The position numbers were made by a program, and so were the translations under genes. This document shows positions 1 through 9,645 of a stretch of DNA of 64,000 bases, one piece after another. The notes under the pieces are model-generated. The model was not told the origin of the DNA. It was given only the letters and a program-made list of their open reading frames with translations, and did not search any database. The DNA comes from Spirochaetia bacterium. Its GTDB lineage: Bacteria > Spirochaetota > Spirochaetia > DSM-16054 > Sediminispirochaetaceae. Position 1 is the first letter of the stretch, and each line of letters begins with the position of its first letter. Where the stretch lies: the NCBI GenBank assembly GCA_034520965.1, contig JAXHMY010000003.1, positions 480,001 through 544,000 of the forward strand. The letters are read 5' to 3'.

Positions 1-1315
1 ATTCTTGGAATTCGACCCGCAGCGCGTCCCTCCGAAAGCTGCGGAAGACAGCCCCCTCAAGGGTCTACCAATTGCCGTGAAAGACAACATCGCGGTTGAG
101 GGTTTCGGACTGAGCTGCGGCTCTAAAATGTTGTCAAATGTACGCTCACCCTATACAGCCACCGCGGTATACAAACTACAGGAAGCCGGCATGGGGATTG
201 TCGGTAAAACAAACCTCGATGAGTTTGGAATGGGTTCTTCAACCGACAACTCTGCTTTGCTAAGAACCCACAACCCCTGGGATACCAGCCGAGTCGCCGG
301 AGGGTCCAGTGGTGGGTCCGCCGCAGCTGTAGCCGCCGGTTTAGTGCCGGCGGCCCTGGGCAGCGACACCGGTGGTTCAATCCGCCAACCCGCCTCTTTT
401 TGTGGAATCTACGGACTCAAGCCGACCTACGGGAGTGTTTCCAGGTTCGGCCTGGTGGCCTACGCCTCCTCGCTGGAAGGTATTGGAGTAGTATCTGAGT
501 CTCTCTCCCTGACCCGCTCCATTTTTAAAACAATGAGGGATGAAGACCAGCACGATCAAACCACCGGACTTGCACAGGTTCCGGAGAAGCCGGTCAAATC
601 AATAGGAGTTTTAGCTCAAACCCACATTGAAGGCCTCTCACCGGCCCTCCAAAGGGCCTACTTCACATCCATCGATGAGTTTAAGAAACTTGGCTACGAC
701 ATCCAAGAGGTACAGCTGCCGACTCTCGATTACGTGATACCGGCGTACTACACTATTGCCTCGGCAGAGGCAAGTGCCAACTTGGCTCGTTATGCCGGCA
801 TTCGCTACGGCCATCAAAACAGTCTGGCCGAGGACCCCCAGGAGCTTATGGAAAGCTCCCGCGATGAAGGCTTCGGTCCGGAGGTTAAACTTCGAATTCT
901 ACTGGGCACCTATGTGCTGCGTTCCGGATTCCAGGAGCAGTACTACATACGAGCTCAGAAAATCCGAACTGCCCTACGAAGCGATTTCGACGCTATTTTT
1001 CGTTCGGTCGACCTTCTGCTCTCACCTACTTTTCCGGTGCAGGCATTCCAGCATGACAGCAGTGACCTTGATCAGTTTCAGCAGAAACTGGCGGACCGCT
1101 TTACTGCTACCGCCAACCTGGCGGGCATACCGGCCCTTGCCTTTCCGGTGGCCATTGAAGATGGTCTTCCGGCCGGAATGCAGCTGATGGCACCGATGCA
1201 TGCCGAGGAGATGCTGTTCAAAACCGCTGAAACCTATCAACAGGCCTTTCGGCCGGTTCTGCCTGAATTCGTTCAGCCCACTATCTCAGCACCGCAAGGA
1301 GTCGACCATGAGTAG
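1..1315 (+). CDS. gatA: Asp-tRNA(Asn)/Glu-tRNA(Gln) amidotransferase subunit A (5' end probably outside the window)
   Basis: Amidase signature GGSSGGSAAAVAAG...GSDTGGSIRQPASFCG, KTNLDEFGMGSS, EVKLRILLGTYVL; frame is open to the window edge; overlaps gatB start. Confidence 0.95.
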   Translation, partial: FLEFDPQRVPPKAAEDSPLKGLPIAVKDNIAVEGFGLSCGSKMLSNVRSPYTATAVYKLQEAGMGIVGKTNLDEFGMGSSTDNSALLRTHNPWDTSRVAGGSSGGSAAAVAAGLVPAALGSDTGGSIRQPASFCGIYGLKPTYGSVSRFGLVAYASSLEGIGVVSESLSLTRSIFKTMRDEDQHDQTTGLAQVPEKPVKSIGVLAQTHIEGLSPALQRAYFTSIDEFKKLGYDIQEVQLPTLDYVIPAYYTIASAEASANLARYAGIRYGHQNSLAEDPQELMESSRDEGFGPEVKLRILLGTYVLRSGFQEQYYIRAQKIRTALRSDFDAIFRSVDLLLSPTFPVQAFQHDSSDLDQFQQKLADRFTATANLAGIPALAFPVAIEDGLPAGMQLMAPMHAEEMLFKTAETYQQAFRPVLPEFVQPTISAPQGVDHE

Positions 1316-2789
1316 TATTGAAAGTGAATACCGCACCTTCATTGGAATTGAAATTCATATCCAGCTTACAACCAATACGAAAGTTTTTTGCAGTTGCCCG
1401 GTTGGATTCGGAGAGGAACCTAACACCAATGTCTGCCCAATCTGTCTAGGGTATCCCGGGGTGCTGCCCGCTTTAAACGAAGAGGCGCTGTTTAAGGCGT
1501 ATCGGGTAGCAACAGCGCTCAACTGTAAACTATCTTCCAGTACGGTGTTTGAAAGGAAAAATTACTTCTATCCGGATATGCCGAAGAACTACCAGATATC
1601 ACAGTACCTGCACCCCATCGGAATGGACGGAAAAATTGAGTTCCCTTACCACGATGAAGTTCGCAGTGTCAGAATCCACGATGTGCACCTGGAAGAGGAT
1701 GCCGGTAAAATGATTCACGCCGGGGATATCTCGCTTATCGACTACAACCGTGCCGGCACCCCACTGCTGGAAATAGTGACTGAACCCGACCTTACCAGCG
1801 GCGATGAGACCGAAGCATTTATCCAGTATTTCCGCCGCTTTGTACGCTATCTGGAAGTGTGCGACGGCAACATGGAAGAGGGGTCGCTGCGATGCGATGC
1901 CAACATTTCGCTTAACTACCCAGGAGGCGGTCTGGGCACAAAGGTCGAGGTAAAAAACCTTAACTCCTCCCGCTTTGTGCGCCTGGCACTTGACCATGAG
2001 CGGCAGCGGCAGGCAAAACTCTTAACCGAGGGCAGCCCAATTCAGCAGGAGACACGCTTGTGGAATGAGAACCGGGACATTACCGTGGTAATGCGGCGCA
2101 AGGAAGAATCCCATGACTACCGATATTTTCCGGAGCCGGACCTGCCCCCCTTCCGCCCCACCCCGGAGTACCTTGAGTCGGTACATAAGAAAAATGTAGA
2201 ACTGCCCCTGCAGCGTATGCAGCGTTTTAAAAAGGATTATGGCCTTGAGGGCGAGGCACTCTCTTTTCTTACCGAAGAAAAAAGCCGGGCTGTCTTCTTT
2301 GAAGCGACCCTCGCACTCATCCCTGAGCGAAACTCGGCAGCCGGAAACGGAGCAGCCGGGGAGGTCTATCGATGGCTCTCGGGGGATGTACTGCGTCACC
2401 TCAACCGCAGTCATCTCAGTTTGGAGACATCCTTTTTGACCCCGGAGCGGTTTGCCGAACTTATCAGCTTAATCAACTCCGGCAGAATTCACGGTAAAAT
2501 CGCCAAGCAGATTCTGCATGCGGTATTTGTAGAGGATAAAGACCCAACTCGCTTGTTAGAAGAGAAGGGACTGGAACAAATTACCGATCCTGAGGAAATC
2601 CGTTCATTGGTAAAAAAGATCATTACCCAAAATCCGGCTGCAGCCACCCAGGCCGCTGCTCAGGTAGCGGCTGGTGAGAATAAGGTAGTGGGCTTCTTTA
2701 TGGGATTGCTGATGAAGGCCAGCAGCGGAAGGTCCGACCCTCAACTTACCCGCAGTATATTATTAGAAGAATTTTCTAAAAAGGAGTAA
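1308..2789 (+). CDS. gatB: Asp-tRNA(Asn)/Glu-tRNA(Gln) amidotransferase subunit B
   Basis: IGIEIHIQL, RKNYFYPDMPKNYQISQ, HLEEDAGK, DYNRAGTPLLEIVTEPD, DYRYFPEPDLPP; ATG at 1308 follows AAGGAG RBS (ORF-track start 1200 is too long). Confidence 0.97.
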   Translation: MSSIESEYRTFIGIEIHIQLTTNTKVFCSCPVGFGEEPNTNVCPICLGYPGVLPALNEEALFKAYRVATALNCKLSSSTVFERKNYFYPDMPKNYQISQYLHPIGMDGKIEFPYHDEVRSVRIHDVHLEEDAGKMIHAGDISLIDYNRAGTPLLEIVTEPDLTSGDETEAFIQYFRRFVRYLEVCDGNMEEGSLRCDANISLNYPGGGLGTKVEVKNLNSSRFVRLALDHERQRQAKLLTEGSPIQQETRLWNENRDITVVMRRKEESHDYRYFPEPDLPPFRPTPEYLESVHKKNVELPLQRMQRFKKDYGLEGEALSFLTEEKSRAVFFEATLALIPERNSAAGNGAAGEVYRWLSGDVLRHLNRSHLSLETSFLTPERFAELISLINSGRIHGKIAKQILHAVFVEDKDPTRLLEEKGLEQITDPEEIRSLVKKIITQNPAAATQAAAQVAAGENKVVGFFMGLLMKASSGRSDPQLTRSILLEEFSKKE

Positions 2790-2792
2790 ATT

Positions 2793-4067
2793 ATGGAACG
2801 CACATATGTTAAAGATTGCACTACACAAATGGAAGGCACGATAACCTGTGCCGGTTGGGTACACCGTATCAGAAGCTTAGGAAAGGTTACCTTTTTACTG
2901 CTTCGTGACCGCACCGGTATCATCCAAACCGTATGGGACGAAGCACCGGATGTTACTTTAGAGTCAGTGGTACGCATTCAGGGCAGCATCACCGGCAATC
3001 AAAAGGCACCTGGAGGAATTGAACTGCAGGCCGACTCGTTGGAGGTTTTGGCTCCCGCCGCCGCCGACCTGCCGATTGCGGTAAACCAAGACAGCGATCA
3101 GCTCAGCCTCGATGCACTGCTGGATCACCGTATGCTAAGCCTGCGCAGCCCTAAAATCCGGTCTATTTTTTATCTGCAATCCGCCATCCTCGGTTATTTT
3201 GGTGAATATATGCGAAGCCGAGAGTTTACCGAAATTAAAAGCAGTAAGCTTATCGGAAGCGGTTCAGAAGGAGGGACAGGACTGTTTGAGGTTGAATATT
3301 TCGACCGCAAGGTTTATTTGGCCCAATCTCCACAGCTATACAAACAGGCGATGGTAGCCAACGGGATGGAACAGGTCTTTGAAATTGGGGCTGCATACCG
3401 GGCGGAAAAGCATGACACCCCCCGGCACCTGAATGAGTATGTAAGCCTCGACATTGAGATGGGCTTTATCGAAAGTGACCAGGAGCTTATGGACCTTGAA
3501 GTAGACATTCTCGGCTACATTTTCGACCGAATCAGAGAACACCATAGCGATATTCTAGAAACTTTTCACACAGATTTACCCTCCTCGGTCGAGATGCAGG
3601 CTACCCCGCGCATAAGCCACGATGAGGCGAAAAGGATTCTCTCCGAGCGACTGGGAAAGCGGGTCTTTGAGCTCAACCCCGAAGGCGAGCGGGAACTCTG
3701 CGACTGGGCCAAAGAACAAAGTGGAGTAGAGGCGCTGTTTGTCCACTCCTTTCCCCGGAAAAAACGTCCCTTTTACACCTATCCAGACGGCCGCAAAACT
3801 ATGAGCTTTGACCTCCTGTTCCGCGGCCTAGAGATAACCTCCGGAGGACGCCGTATCCACGAGTACGATATGCTGGTTGAAAGCATCAAACGCCATGGCA
3901 TGGAGCCGGAGCAGTTGAGTGACTACCTGCAGGTATTTCGTTACGGCTGCCCTCCCCATGGGGGTTTTGCGATTGGACTTGAGCGCATAACCCAGAAAAT
4001 TCTGGGGCTCAACAGCGTGAAAGAGGCCTCACTTTTTCCCCGTGATCGTAAACGGGTGAAGCCATAA
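2793..4067 (+). CDS. aspS: Aspartate--tRNA ligase, short archaeal-type, probably non-discriminating (Asp/Asn)
   Basis: 424 aa; OB-fold GWVHRIRSLGKVTFLLLRDRTG; YLAQSPQLYKQ; YRAEKHDTPRHLNEYVSLDIEM; PPHGGFAIGLER; FPRD; directly downstream of gatAB. Confidence 0.92.
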   Translation: MERTYVKDCTTQMEGTITCAGWVHRIRSLGKVTFLLLRDRTGIIQTVWDEAPDVTLESVVRIQGSITGNQKAPGGIELQADSLEVLAPAAADLPIAVNQDSDQLSLDALLDHRMLSLRSPKIRSIFYLQSAILGYFGEYMRSREFTEIKSSKLIGSGSEGGTGLFEVEYFDRKVYLAQSPQLYKQAMVANGMEQVFEIGAAYRAEKHDTPRHLNEYVSLDIEMGFIESDQELMDLEVDILGYIFDRIREHHSDILETFHTDLPSSVEMQATPRISHDEAKRILSERLGKRVFELNPEGERELCDWAKEQSGVEALFVHSFPRKKRPFYTYPDGRKTMSFDLLFRGLEITSGGRRIHEYDMLVESIKRHGMEPEQLSDYLQVFRYGCPPHGGFAIGLERITQKILGLNSVKEASLFPRDRKRVKP

Positions 4068-4077
4068 AACGATTTAC

Positions 4078-4109
4078 GAGGGGATATCCACCAACAGGTG
4101 GGTCCCCTC
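4078..4109. terminator. Hairpin between convergent aspS and metallo-hydrolase genes
   Basis: GAGGGGA-TA-TCCACC-aaca-GGTGGG-TCCCCTC stem-loop 10 nt after the aspS stop. Confidence 0.6.
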
Positions 4110-4217
4110 ATTCTCTTCACTGGTAAAGTATAATCCAAGCCACAGCGACACTGAACATCTCGGCCAATACATGGGCAAGTAGAAAACTGTATGGTCTCAG
4201 TTCTTAAGTTCCAGTTC

Positions 4218-4847
4218 TTAGTCCAGATATATTGAATCCATAGGAGAGAGGATTTCAACCGGGAGGTCGGTCTTTTTAGCAAATCTCACTGCATCCTTTC
4301 TGTGTCCGACCACCGCTCCCCAATGGTACGGAATAACCTTCTTCGGCTTAAAGGCTTTCAGCGCTCCGGCAGCTTCCTCTGCATTAAAGGTATACGTCCC
4401 GCCAACCGGCAGCAGGGCAACATCAATGTTCTCTAAGCTTTCCATCTCGGTCACCGCGTCAGTATCGCCGGCATAATAAATTTTTTTTCCATCAAGTTCG
4501 ATAATAAAGCCAAGCCAGCCGTTCTCTTTTGGATGAAACTCTTTATCCAGATTATATGCAGCCACTCCCTGGACCTTTAAATTATCTAAAGTGTATTCAC
4601 CGCCGGGAAGCAGCACCTGGCCGTAGCCAAGCTCCTCAACTACATCGCCACTGCCGACTATTCGCCCTTTCTCTTTTGAGACCGCCCGGATATCTTCCGG
4701 TGAAAGGTGGTCATAATGGCTATGACTCACCAAGACTATATCCCCGTCGTGGGGTTCTCCGTCTATCTTCCACGGATCTATGTACACTGTAGAAGAACCG
4801 CTTATGAGAAAACTCGCATGTCCAAGCCAAGAAAGAATTACCGGCAT
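4218..4847 (-). CDS. MBL-fold metallo-hydrolase (Lactamase_B_3/UPF0173-like)
   Basis: WLGHASF, HSHYDH motif, IYYAGDTD, PYHWG; ATG at 4847 after AAAGGAG. Confidence 0.88.
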   Translation of the reverse strand: MPVILSWLGHASFLISGSSTVYIDPWKIDGEPHDGDIVLVSHSHYDHLSPEDIRAVSKEKGRIVGSGDVVEELGYGQVLLPGGEYTLDNLKVQGVAAYNLDKEFHPKENGWLGFIIELDGKKIYYAGDTDAVTEMESLENIDVALLPVGGTYTFNAEEAAGALKAFKPKKVIPYHWGAVVGHRKDAVRFAKKTDLPVEILSPMDSIYLD

Positions 4848-4961
4848 ATACAGCTCCTTTATATTACTTACTCGTGTAAAGGATATCATATATTAAAGGG
4901 TTTTCCTATTCCAATTTATTTGGTATTTTACACTTACAGATAAACCCAAGGAGAAATATCA

Positions 4962-5981
4962 ATGGTAGAAGGTTATACAGCAAAGCTAAACTTAATCGAC
5001 ACGGAAAAAGCAATCAAAGTAGTTAAAGATACATTTCAATACAAACTGGCAACACACCTTAATCTACAGCGTGTGAGTGCTCCACGCTTTATTGAAGTCG
5101 GAAACGGCCTCCAGGATGACCTGGCCGGAACCCAGGTTCCCGTAGGATTCCATGTAAAACACCGACCGAACCGACTCGAGATTGTTCACTCCCTGGCAAA
5201 GTGGAAACGCATGGCCCTTAAACGCTACAATTTCAACCCCGATACCGGACTCTACACGGATATGGATGCTATCCGTAAAGATGAAGATGTAAGTGAAATC
5301 CACAGTGTGTACGTTGATCAGTGGGATTGGGAAAAGACCATTACCCCCGACCATCGAACGCTTGAATATCTGAAATTCACGGTACGGGAGATTTACCGTG
5401 CATTAGTTGAAACTGAAGAGCTAATAAGCAAGGAGTTTCCCGTGCTCCAACCCAGACTTCCAAAAGAAATCAGCTTCGTCCATACCCAAGACCTCGAAGA
5501 CCGCTGGCCCAACCTTACCCCCAAAGAACGAGAGCACAAAGCCGCCCAGGAATACGGGGCTTATTTTCTGATTGGTATTGGAGGGGAGCTGCGTTCCGGC
5601 GACCGGCACGATGCACGGGCGGCGGACTACGACGACTGGATCACCATAAACGAAGAGGGCACCATGGGATTGAATGGCGACATAATCGTTCTGGATCCTA
5701 CCCGCGGAAAAGCCCTCGAACTTTCATCCATGGGGGTTCGTGTATCACCTGAGTCCCTTCAGGCTCAACTTAAAGAGATGGGAATGGAGGAACGGGGGGA
5801 GTTAGAATTTCAATCCGGTGTAATTGATGGAACTCTGCCCCTCTCAATCGGCGGGGGAATTGGACAGTCCCGTCTGTGTATGCTGCTGCTGCAAAAATCG
5901 CATATCGGCGAGGTTCAGGTTAGTGTGTGGCCGGATGAAATGATTGAAGAATACCGTAAGGCGGGAGTAGAGTTCCTGTAA
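4962..5981 (+). CDS. asnA: Aspartate--ammonia ligase (asparagine synthetase A)
   Basis: EIVHSLAKWKR, GLYTDMDAIRKDED, HSVYVDQWDWEK, LPLSIGGGIGQSRLCMLLLQKSHIGEVQ; AAGGAG RBS. Confidence 0.97.
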   Translation: MVEGYTAKLNLIDTEKAIKVVKDTFQYKLATHLNLQRVSAPRFIEVGNGLQDDLAGTQVPVGFHVKHRPNRLEIVHSLAKWKRMALKRYNFNPDTGLYTDMDAIRKDEDVSEIHSVYVDQWDWEKTITPDHRTLEYLKFTVREIYRALVETEELISKEFPVLQPRLPKEISFVHTQDLEDRWPNLTPKEREHKAAQEYGAYFLIGIGGELRSGDRHDARAADYDDWITINEEGTMGLNGDIIVLDPTRGKALELSSMGVRVSPESLQAQLKEMGMEERGELEFQSGVIDGTLPLSIGGGIGQSRLCMLLLQKSHIGEVQVSVWPDEMIEEYRKAGVEFL

Positions 5982-5989
5982 GGTCGCTT

Positions 5990-6400
5990 TCATTTGACGG
6001 GACTTTGGCTTGACGGCTGAAGTCCCGTTTTTATTTCCTGCTTAAACTCTTCAAACGGCGGTTCCGCCTGCTGCTTTACCTTTGCTTGAAATCGATCGTA
6101 GGCTTCTGCAAACGTACGCCCTTGCGGGGTGAGCGTAGCCCCTTCCCGCCTATCACCACCTTTTTTTCGATCCACAGCCTTAAAGTTCATGTGCTTTTCA
6201 AGTTCCGTGAGCATTCGATGGGCCTTCACATAAGAGAGGTTCATATGAGCGGCGGCCTTACGGATAGAACCAAAAGAATCGATGTACTGCAGTAACCACA
6301 GCACACCGATTCCCATAAATGAGTCCCCGTCGGCCTCCGCCAGATACAACTTTGTTTTAAGGACAAAGTCGAGTTTCAGTTGCTCCTCCGGGATATCCAT
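5990..6400 (-). CDS. ModE-like winged-helix transcriptional regulator (DNA-binding domain only)
   Basis: GSIRKAAAHMNLSYVKAH...RKKGGDRREGATLTPQG matches the ModE N-terminal HTH; no TOBE domains. Confidence 0.8.
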   Translation of the reverse strand: MDIPEEQLKLDFVLKTKLYLAEADGDSFMGIGVLWLLQYIDSFGSIRKAAAHMNLSYVKAHRMLTELEKHMNFKAVDRKKGGDRREGATLTPQGRTFAEAYDRFQAKVKQQAEPPFEEFKQEIKTGLQPSSQSPVK

Positions 6401-6430
6401 CCTATTCTCCTGTTGAGCTCTCCTGTCGAG

Positions 6431-7714
6431 CTAAAGAAGCTCTCTGGCGGCCTTCTCAATGCTGGTATAAAGTTCTTCGATATTTTCGATATCCACACTC
6501 GAATAGGCAACCCGCAGGTACTTGGTACCGATTGCGATGGTTCCGATACCGTATGCATCAAGCAAGTGAATCCTCAGCTTCTCTGCATCACCCCGGTAGG
6601 TGAAGGTCATAAAATAACCGGAATTGAAGGGCAAAGGCGTGAGGGGACTGTCGCTGCCTTGGCTTCCGAGCACCTCGCGTACCTTATGGTAGCGCGCCTC
6701 TAGAAGTTTGAAGGCATCCTCTTTCTCCTTTACATGCGAGGGGCTTTGCAAGCCCTTGAGCATAAGGCTCTGGGCCATACGGCTGGCATTCGAAATTGAA
6801 GCTCGGATCGCTCCCTTTGTTTTCTCTTGTAGCGCCGTATACTGTTCGCTACTCAATCCTTTGCCGCCATAGGTAATAAAGCCCAGACGGAACCCCCAGG
6901 CGAGTTCTTCCTTTGTGGCACCATCAAATTTGACGGCTAATAGATTCTCGTGTGTATCCGCAAGCAGGCCAAAGAGCGATTCTTTCAAAGTCCCTTCCTC
7001 ATAGAACAATCCGAAGTAGGCATCGTCGATAAAACAGAGCACATCATTGCCTTCTTCAGCCAGGCTGTTTAACAGATCCACGATTTTCCGGGCTTCAGCC
7101 ATTGATGGTGAGTAGCCGGTGGGATTATTGGGAAAGTTCAGTACCAGCGAGATTTTCTTGCCACAGCTGCGCAGCGACTGCTCGAGGGCCTCAAGGTTAA
7201 TGGATCCACTCTCATTAAAAAATGGAAAGGTCACCAGCTCTGCCTGACGGCGCCCTTCAAAAATAAGCCGATAGTTTCCCCAAAACATATCCGGAACCAC
7301 TACCTTTTCCCCGGCATTCACAAACAAATCGGCGACAATCATAATTCCATGGGTTAAACCCGAGGTTACCAGGGGCTCAGATGTTAGTTTACCCCGCAGA
7401 GAAGGATTTTTCTGTTCCATCTCCGCCTTCCAAGCTGACCGCAATTCCGGTACACCCGGGGTCGGTGCGTAAGGGTAGATCTCATTTTCAGAAAGACCGG
7501 TAATCAATTTTTGAATACTCGGTAAGAACAGTGGTATATTTTGTTTGGTTGCCATGCCGACGGTTGCATTAAAGCGGGTGGCCTTCTTCTTTGCCTCTCC
7601 GGACTGTGAAATAATACCCTTTGGAAAATAAAAACGGGACCCGAAGTCCGACAATAGGCGTGCGGCTGCTGTACCACCTAATGTTTCATTTAGTTCAAGC
7701 GCAATTTTGTTCAT
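6431..7714 (-). CDS. Class I/II PLP-dependent aminotransferase
   Basis: FNATVGMA, LNFPNNPTGYSP, DDAYFGL, DGATKEELAWGFRLGF (PLP lysine region). Confidence 0.9.
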   Translation of the reverse strand: MNKIALELNETLGGTAAARLLSDFGSRFYFPKGIISQSGEAKKKATRFNATVGMATKQNIPLFLPSIQKLITGLSENEIYPYAPTPGVPELRSAWKAEMEQKNPSLRGKLTSEPLVTSGLTHGIMIVADLFVNAGEKVVVPDMFWGNYRLIFEGRRQAELVTFPFFNESGSINLEALEQSLRSCGKKISLVLNFPNNPTGYSPSMAEARKIVDLLNSLAEEGNDVLCFIDDAYFGLFYEEGTLKESLFGLLADTHENLLAVKFDGATKEELAWGFRLGFITYGGKGLSSEQYTALQEKTKGAIRASISNASRMAQSLMLKGLQSPSHVKEKEDAFKLLEARYHKVREVLGSQGSDSPLTPLPFNSGYFMTFTYRGDAEKLRIHLLDAYGIGTIAIGTKYLRVAYSSVDIENIEELYTSIEKAARELL

Positions 7715-7833
7715 AATAATTACCTCTTTTTGCAGTCAACGTATGCTGTATCGATAAAAATCGCATTAATTGTACCACACATATTAGGCTATTTAAACAT
7801 AAAAAGGCCACCTTTCCAATAAAAAAAAGCAGA

Positions 7834-8788
7834 CTATTGTACGATGTGTGTTCCGGTTTTCCCTTCCAGTGCATCCACTGCCTTATCCAGGGATGTAATT
7901 ATCGCCTCTTTACCACTCCATTTTGCAAAACGTACTGCAGCCTGCACCTTAGGTCCCATCGAGCCGGCTAAAAAATGTCCATCATTAAGATAGGCCTCAG
8001 CTTCTGCAATACTAATAAAGCCCAGACCCTTCTGATCCGGTTTGTTAAAGTTGATGTAAACCTTCTCTACATCGGTGAGTATCATAAACTTGTCGGCATT
8101 TATATCCTGAGCCAGTTTGAATCCGGCTCGGTCCTTATCTATCACAGCCTCAACACCTGAAAAACTTCCATCAGCTTCGCGCTTTACGGGAATACCTCCA
8201 CCCCCGGAGGCAATTACTACCCCTTCGGCCTCGACCAGTTTCTTGATCGATTCACGTTCAACGATAGATATTGGCTCGGGGGACGGCACCACCCGTCTCC
8301 AGCCTTTGGTCACTCCCGGTTTTACTTCACGTACAATATACCCTTTTTCCTTTTGCAGCTCCTGAGCTTTTTCCTGAGTATAAAACGGTCCTACCGGCTT
8401 CGATGGATCCTTAAAATCCGGATCGTCCTCGCTTACCTCCACTTGAGTTATAACGGAGCATACAGGACGCTGAATATCTGCCTCGAGTAAACGAAAGCTC
8501 ATTCGATTCTGCATCATCCAGCCAATCTGCCCCTGGGTCATTGCGCCACAGACAGCCAATGTTTGTGCAGGAACATGCTCACGCGACTCTTCCTGCTGAA
8601 TCAACAGCGCTCCTGCTTGTGGGCCATTGCCATGGGTCACTACCGGACGGTACCCAGCTTTTATGATAAGGGCCATCTCTCTGGCCGTCTTATCTACGTT
8701 CAAAAACTGCTCTTCCGTGGTTCCTTCTTCGTGGGCTTGTTTAATTGCATTCCCACCGAGTGCAATCACAACGTAGTTCTCCAGCCAT
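7834..8788 (-). CDS. arcC: Carbamate kinase
   Basis: VVIALGGNA, THGNGPQ, DPSKPVGPFY, GWRRVVPSPEP, GVEAVIDKD, GSMGPKV; the best RBS-ATG (8788) is one base out of frame, see findings. Confidence 0.93.
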
Positions 8789-8889
8789 ATATCCGCTCCT
8801 TTATTGATCAATTATGTAAGTGAGTAAAAATCTACACTTATTCTGCGGTTTGTTCAAGAGCGCAACAAAATGCAACAACAAATTCACGA

Positions 8890-9645
8890 TTAAAAGGATA
8901 CGTAATGGGCGGGAATGCGGAATACATTTCGAATCAAAGACTTAAATTCGCTATCCTGAGGTGTTCCCTTGTGCAGCCTCCCGGATTCATCCATAAGCCA
9001 CACACGGGTGCTTATCCGCATCAGCAGTTCAAGGTCATGCGAGGAGACTAGGACGGCTGTTCCCTGGGTCCGGGTAATCGTTTCCAGCAGGTCCATTAAC
9101 TCTACCTTGCGGGTCACATCTAAAAAGGCCGTGGGCTCATCCATCATTATAATTTGGGGTTCCTGGGCCAAGGCACGAGCTACCATTACTTTTTGCAATT
9201 CACCATCACTTAGCTCATCAATGGTTCGATAGCGTAACGACTCTGCTCCCACCGCAGAAAAAGAACGCTCCACTACATACCGGTCATGCGCTGTCAGACC
9301 ACCGGAGAACCTGCTATGCGGGTATCTGCCTAAAGAGACAATTGTATCAGCCTTCAGATGCCCGGCATGAACCCTTTCGGTAAGTACAACAGATATCTTA
9401 CGCGCCCGCTCTAGAGGACTCATATGGGAGATTTCGGTCTCTCCGATGTATACTTTTCCATCAAGAACAGACTGCAGTCCGCTCAAACTGCGCAGTAGAG
9501 TTGATTTGCCACATCCGTTCGGTCCAACTAGCCCCACCACCTCCCCGGAAAAGATAGAGGCTGATAAATGCTCTGATATAGTCACCGCTCCGCGAAATCC
9601 GTGGCGGTAACCGGTATGAATTGATCTGGCATCAAGCACCTTCAT
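8890..9645 (-). CDS. Cobalamin/iron-chelate ABC transporter ATP-binding protein (BtuD/FecE-like)
   Basis: Walker A GPNGCGKST, LSDGELQKV, MMDEPTAFLD; ATGA overlap with the permease stop. Confidence 0.9.
   Translation of the reverse strand: MKVLDARSIHTGYRHGFRGAVTISEHLSASIFSGEVVGLVGPNGCGKSTLLRSLSGLQSVLDGKVYIGETEISHMSPLERARKISVVLTERVHAGHLKADTIVSLGRYPHSRFSGGLTAHDRYVVERSFSAVGAESLRYRTIDELSDGELQKVMVARALAQEPQIIMMDEPTAFLDVTRKVELMDLLETITRTQGTAVLVSSHDLELLMRISTRVWLMDESGRLHKGTPQDSEFKSLIRNVFRIPAHYVSF

Noticed and set aside
5990..6400. ModE-like regulator as evidence of a molybdate/tungstate locus
   Set aside because: No mod/tup genes or ModE box nearby; stand-alone ModE-HTH proteins are common
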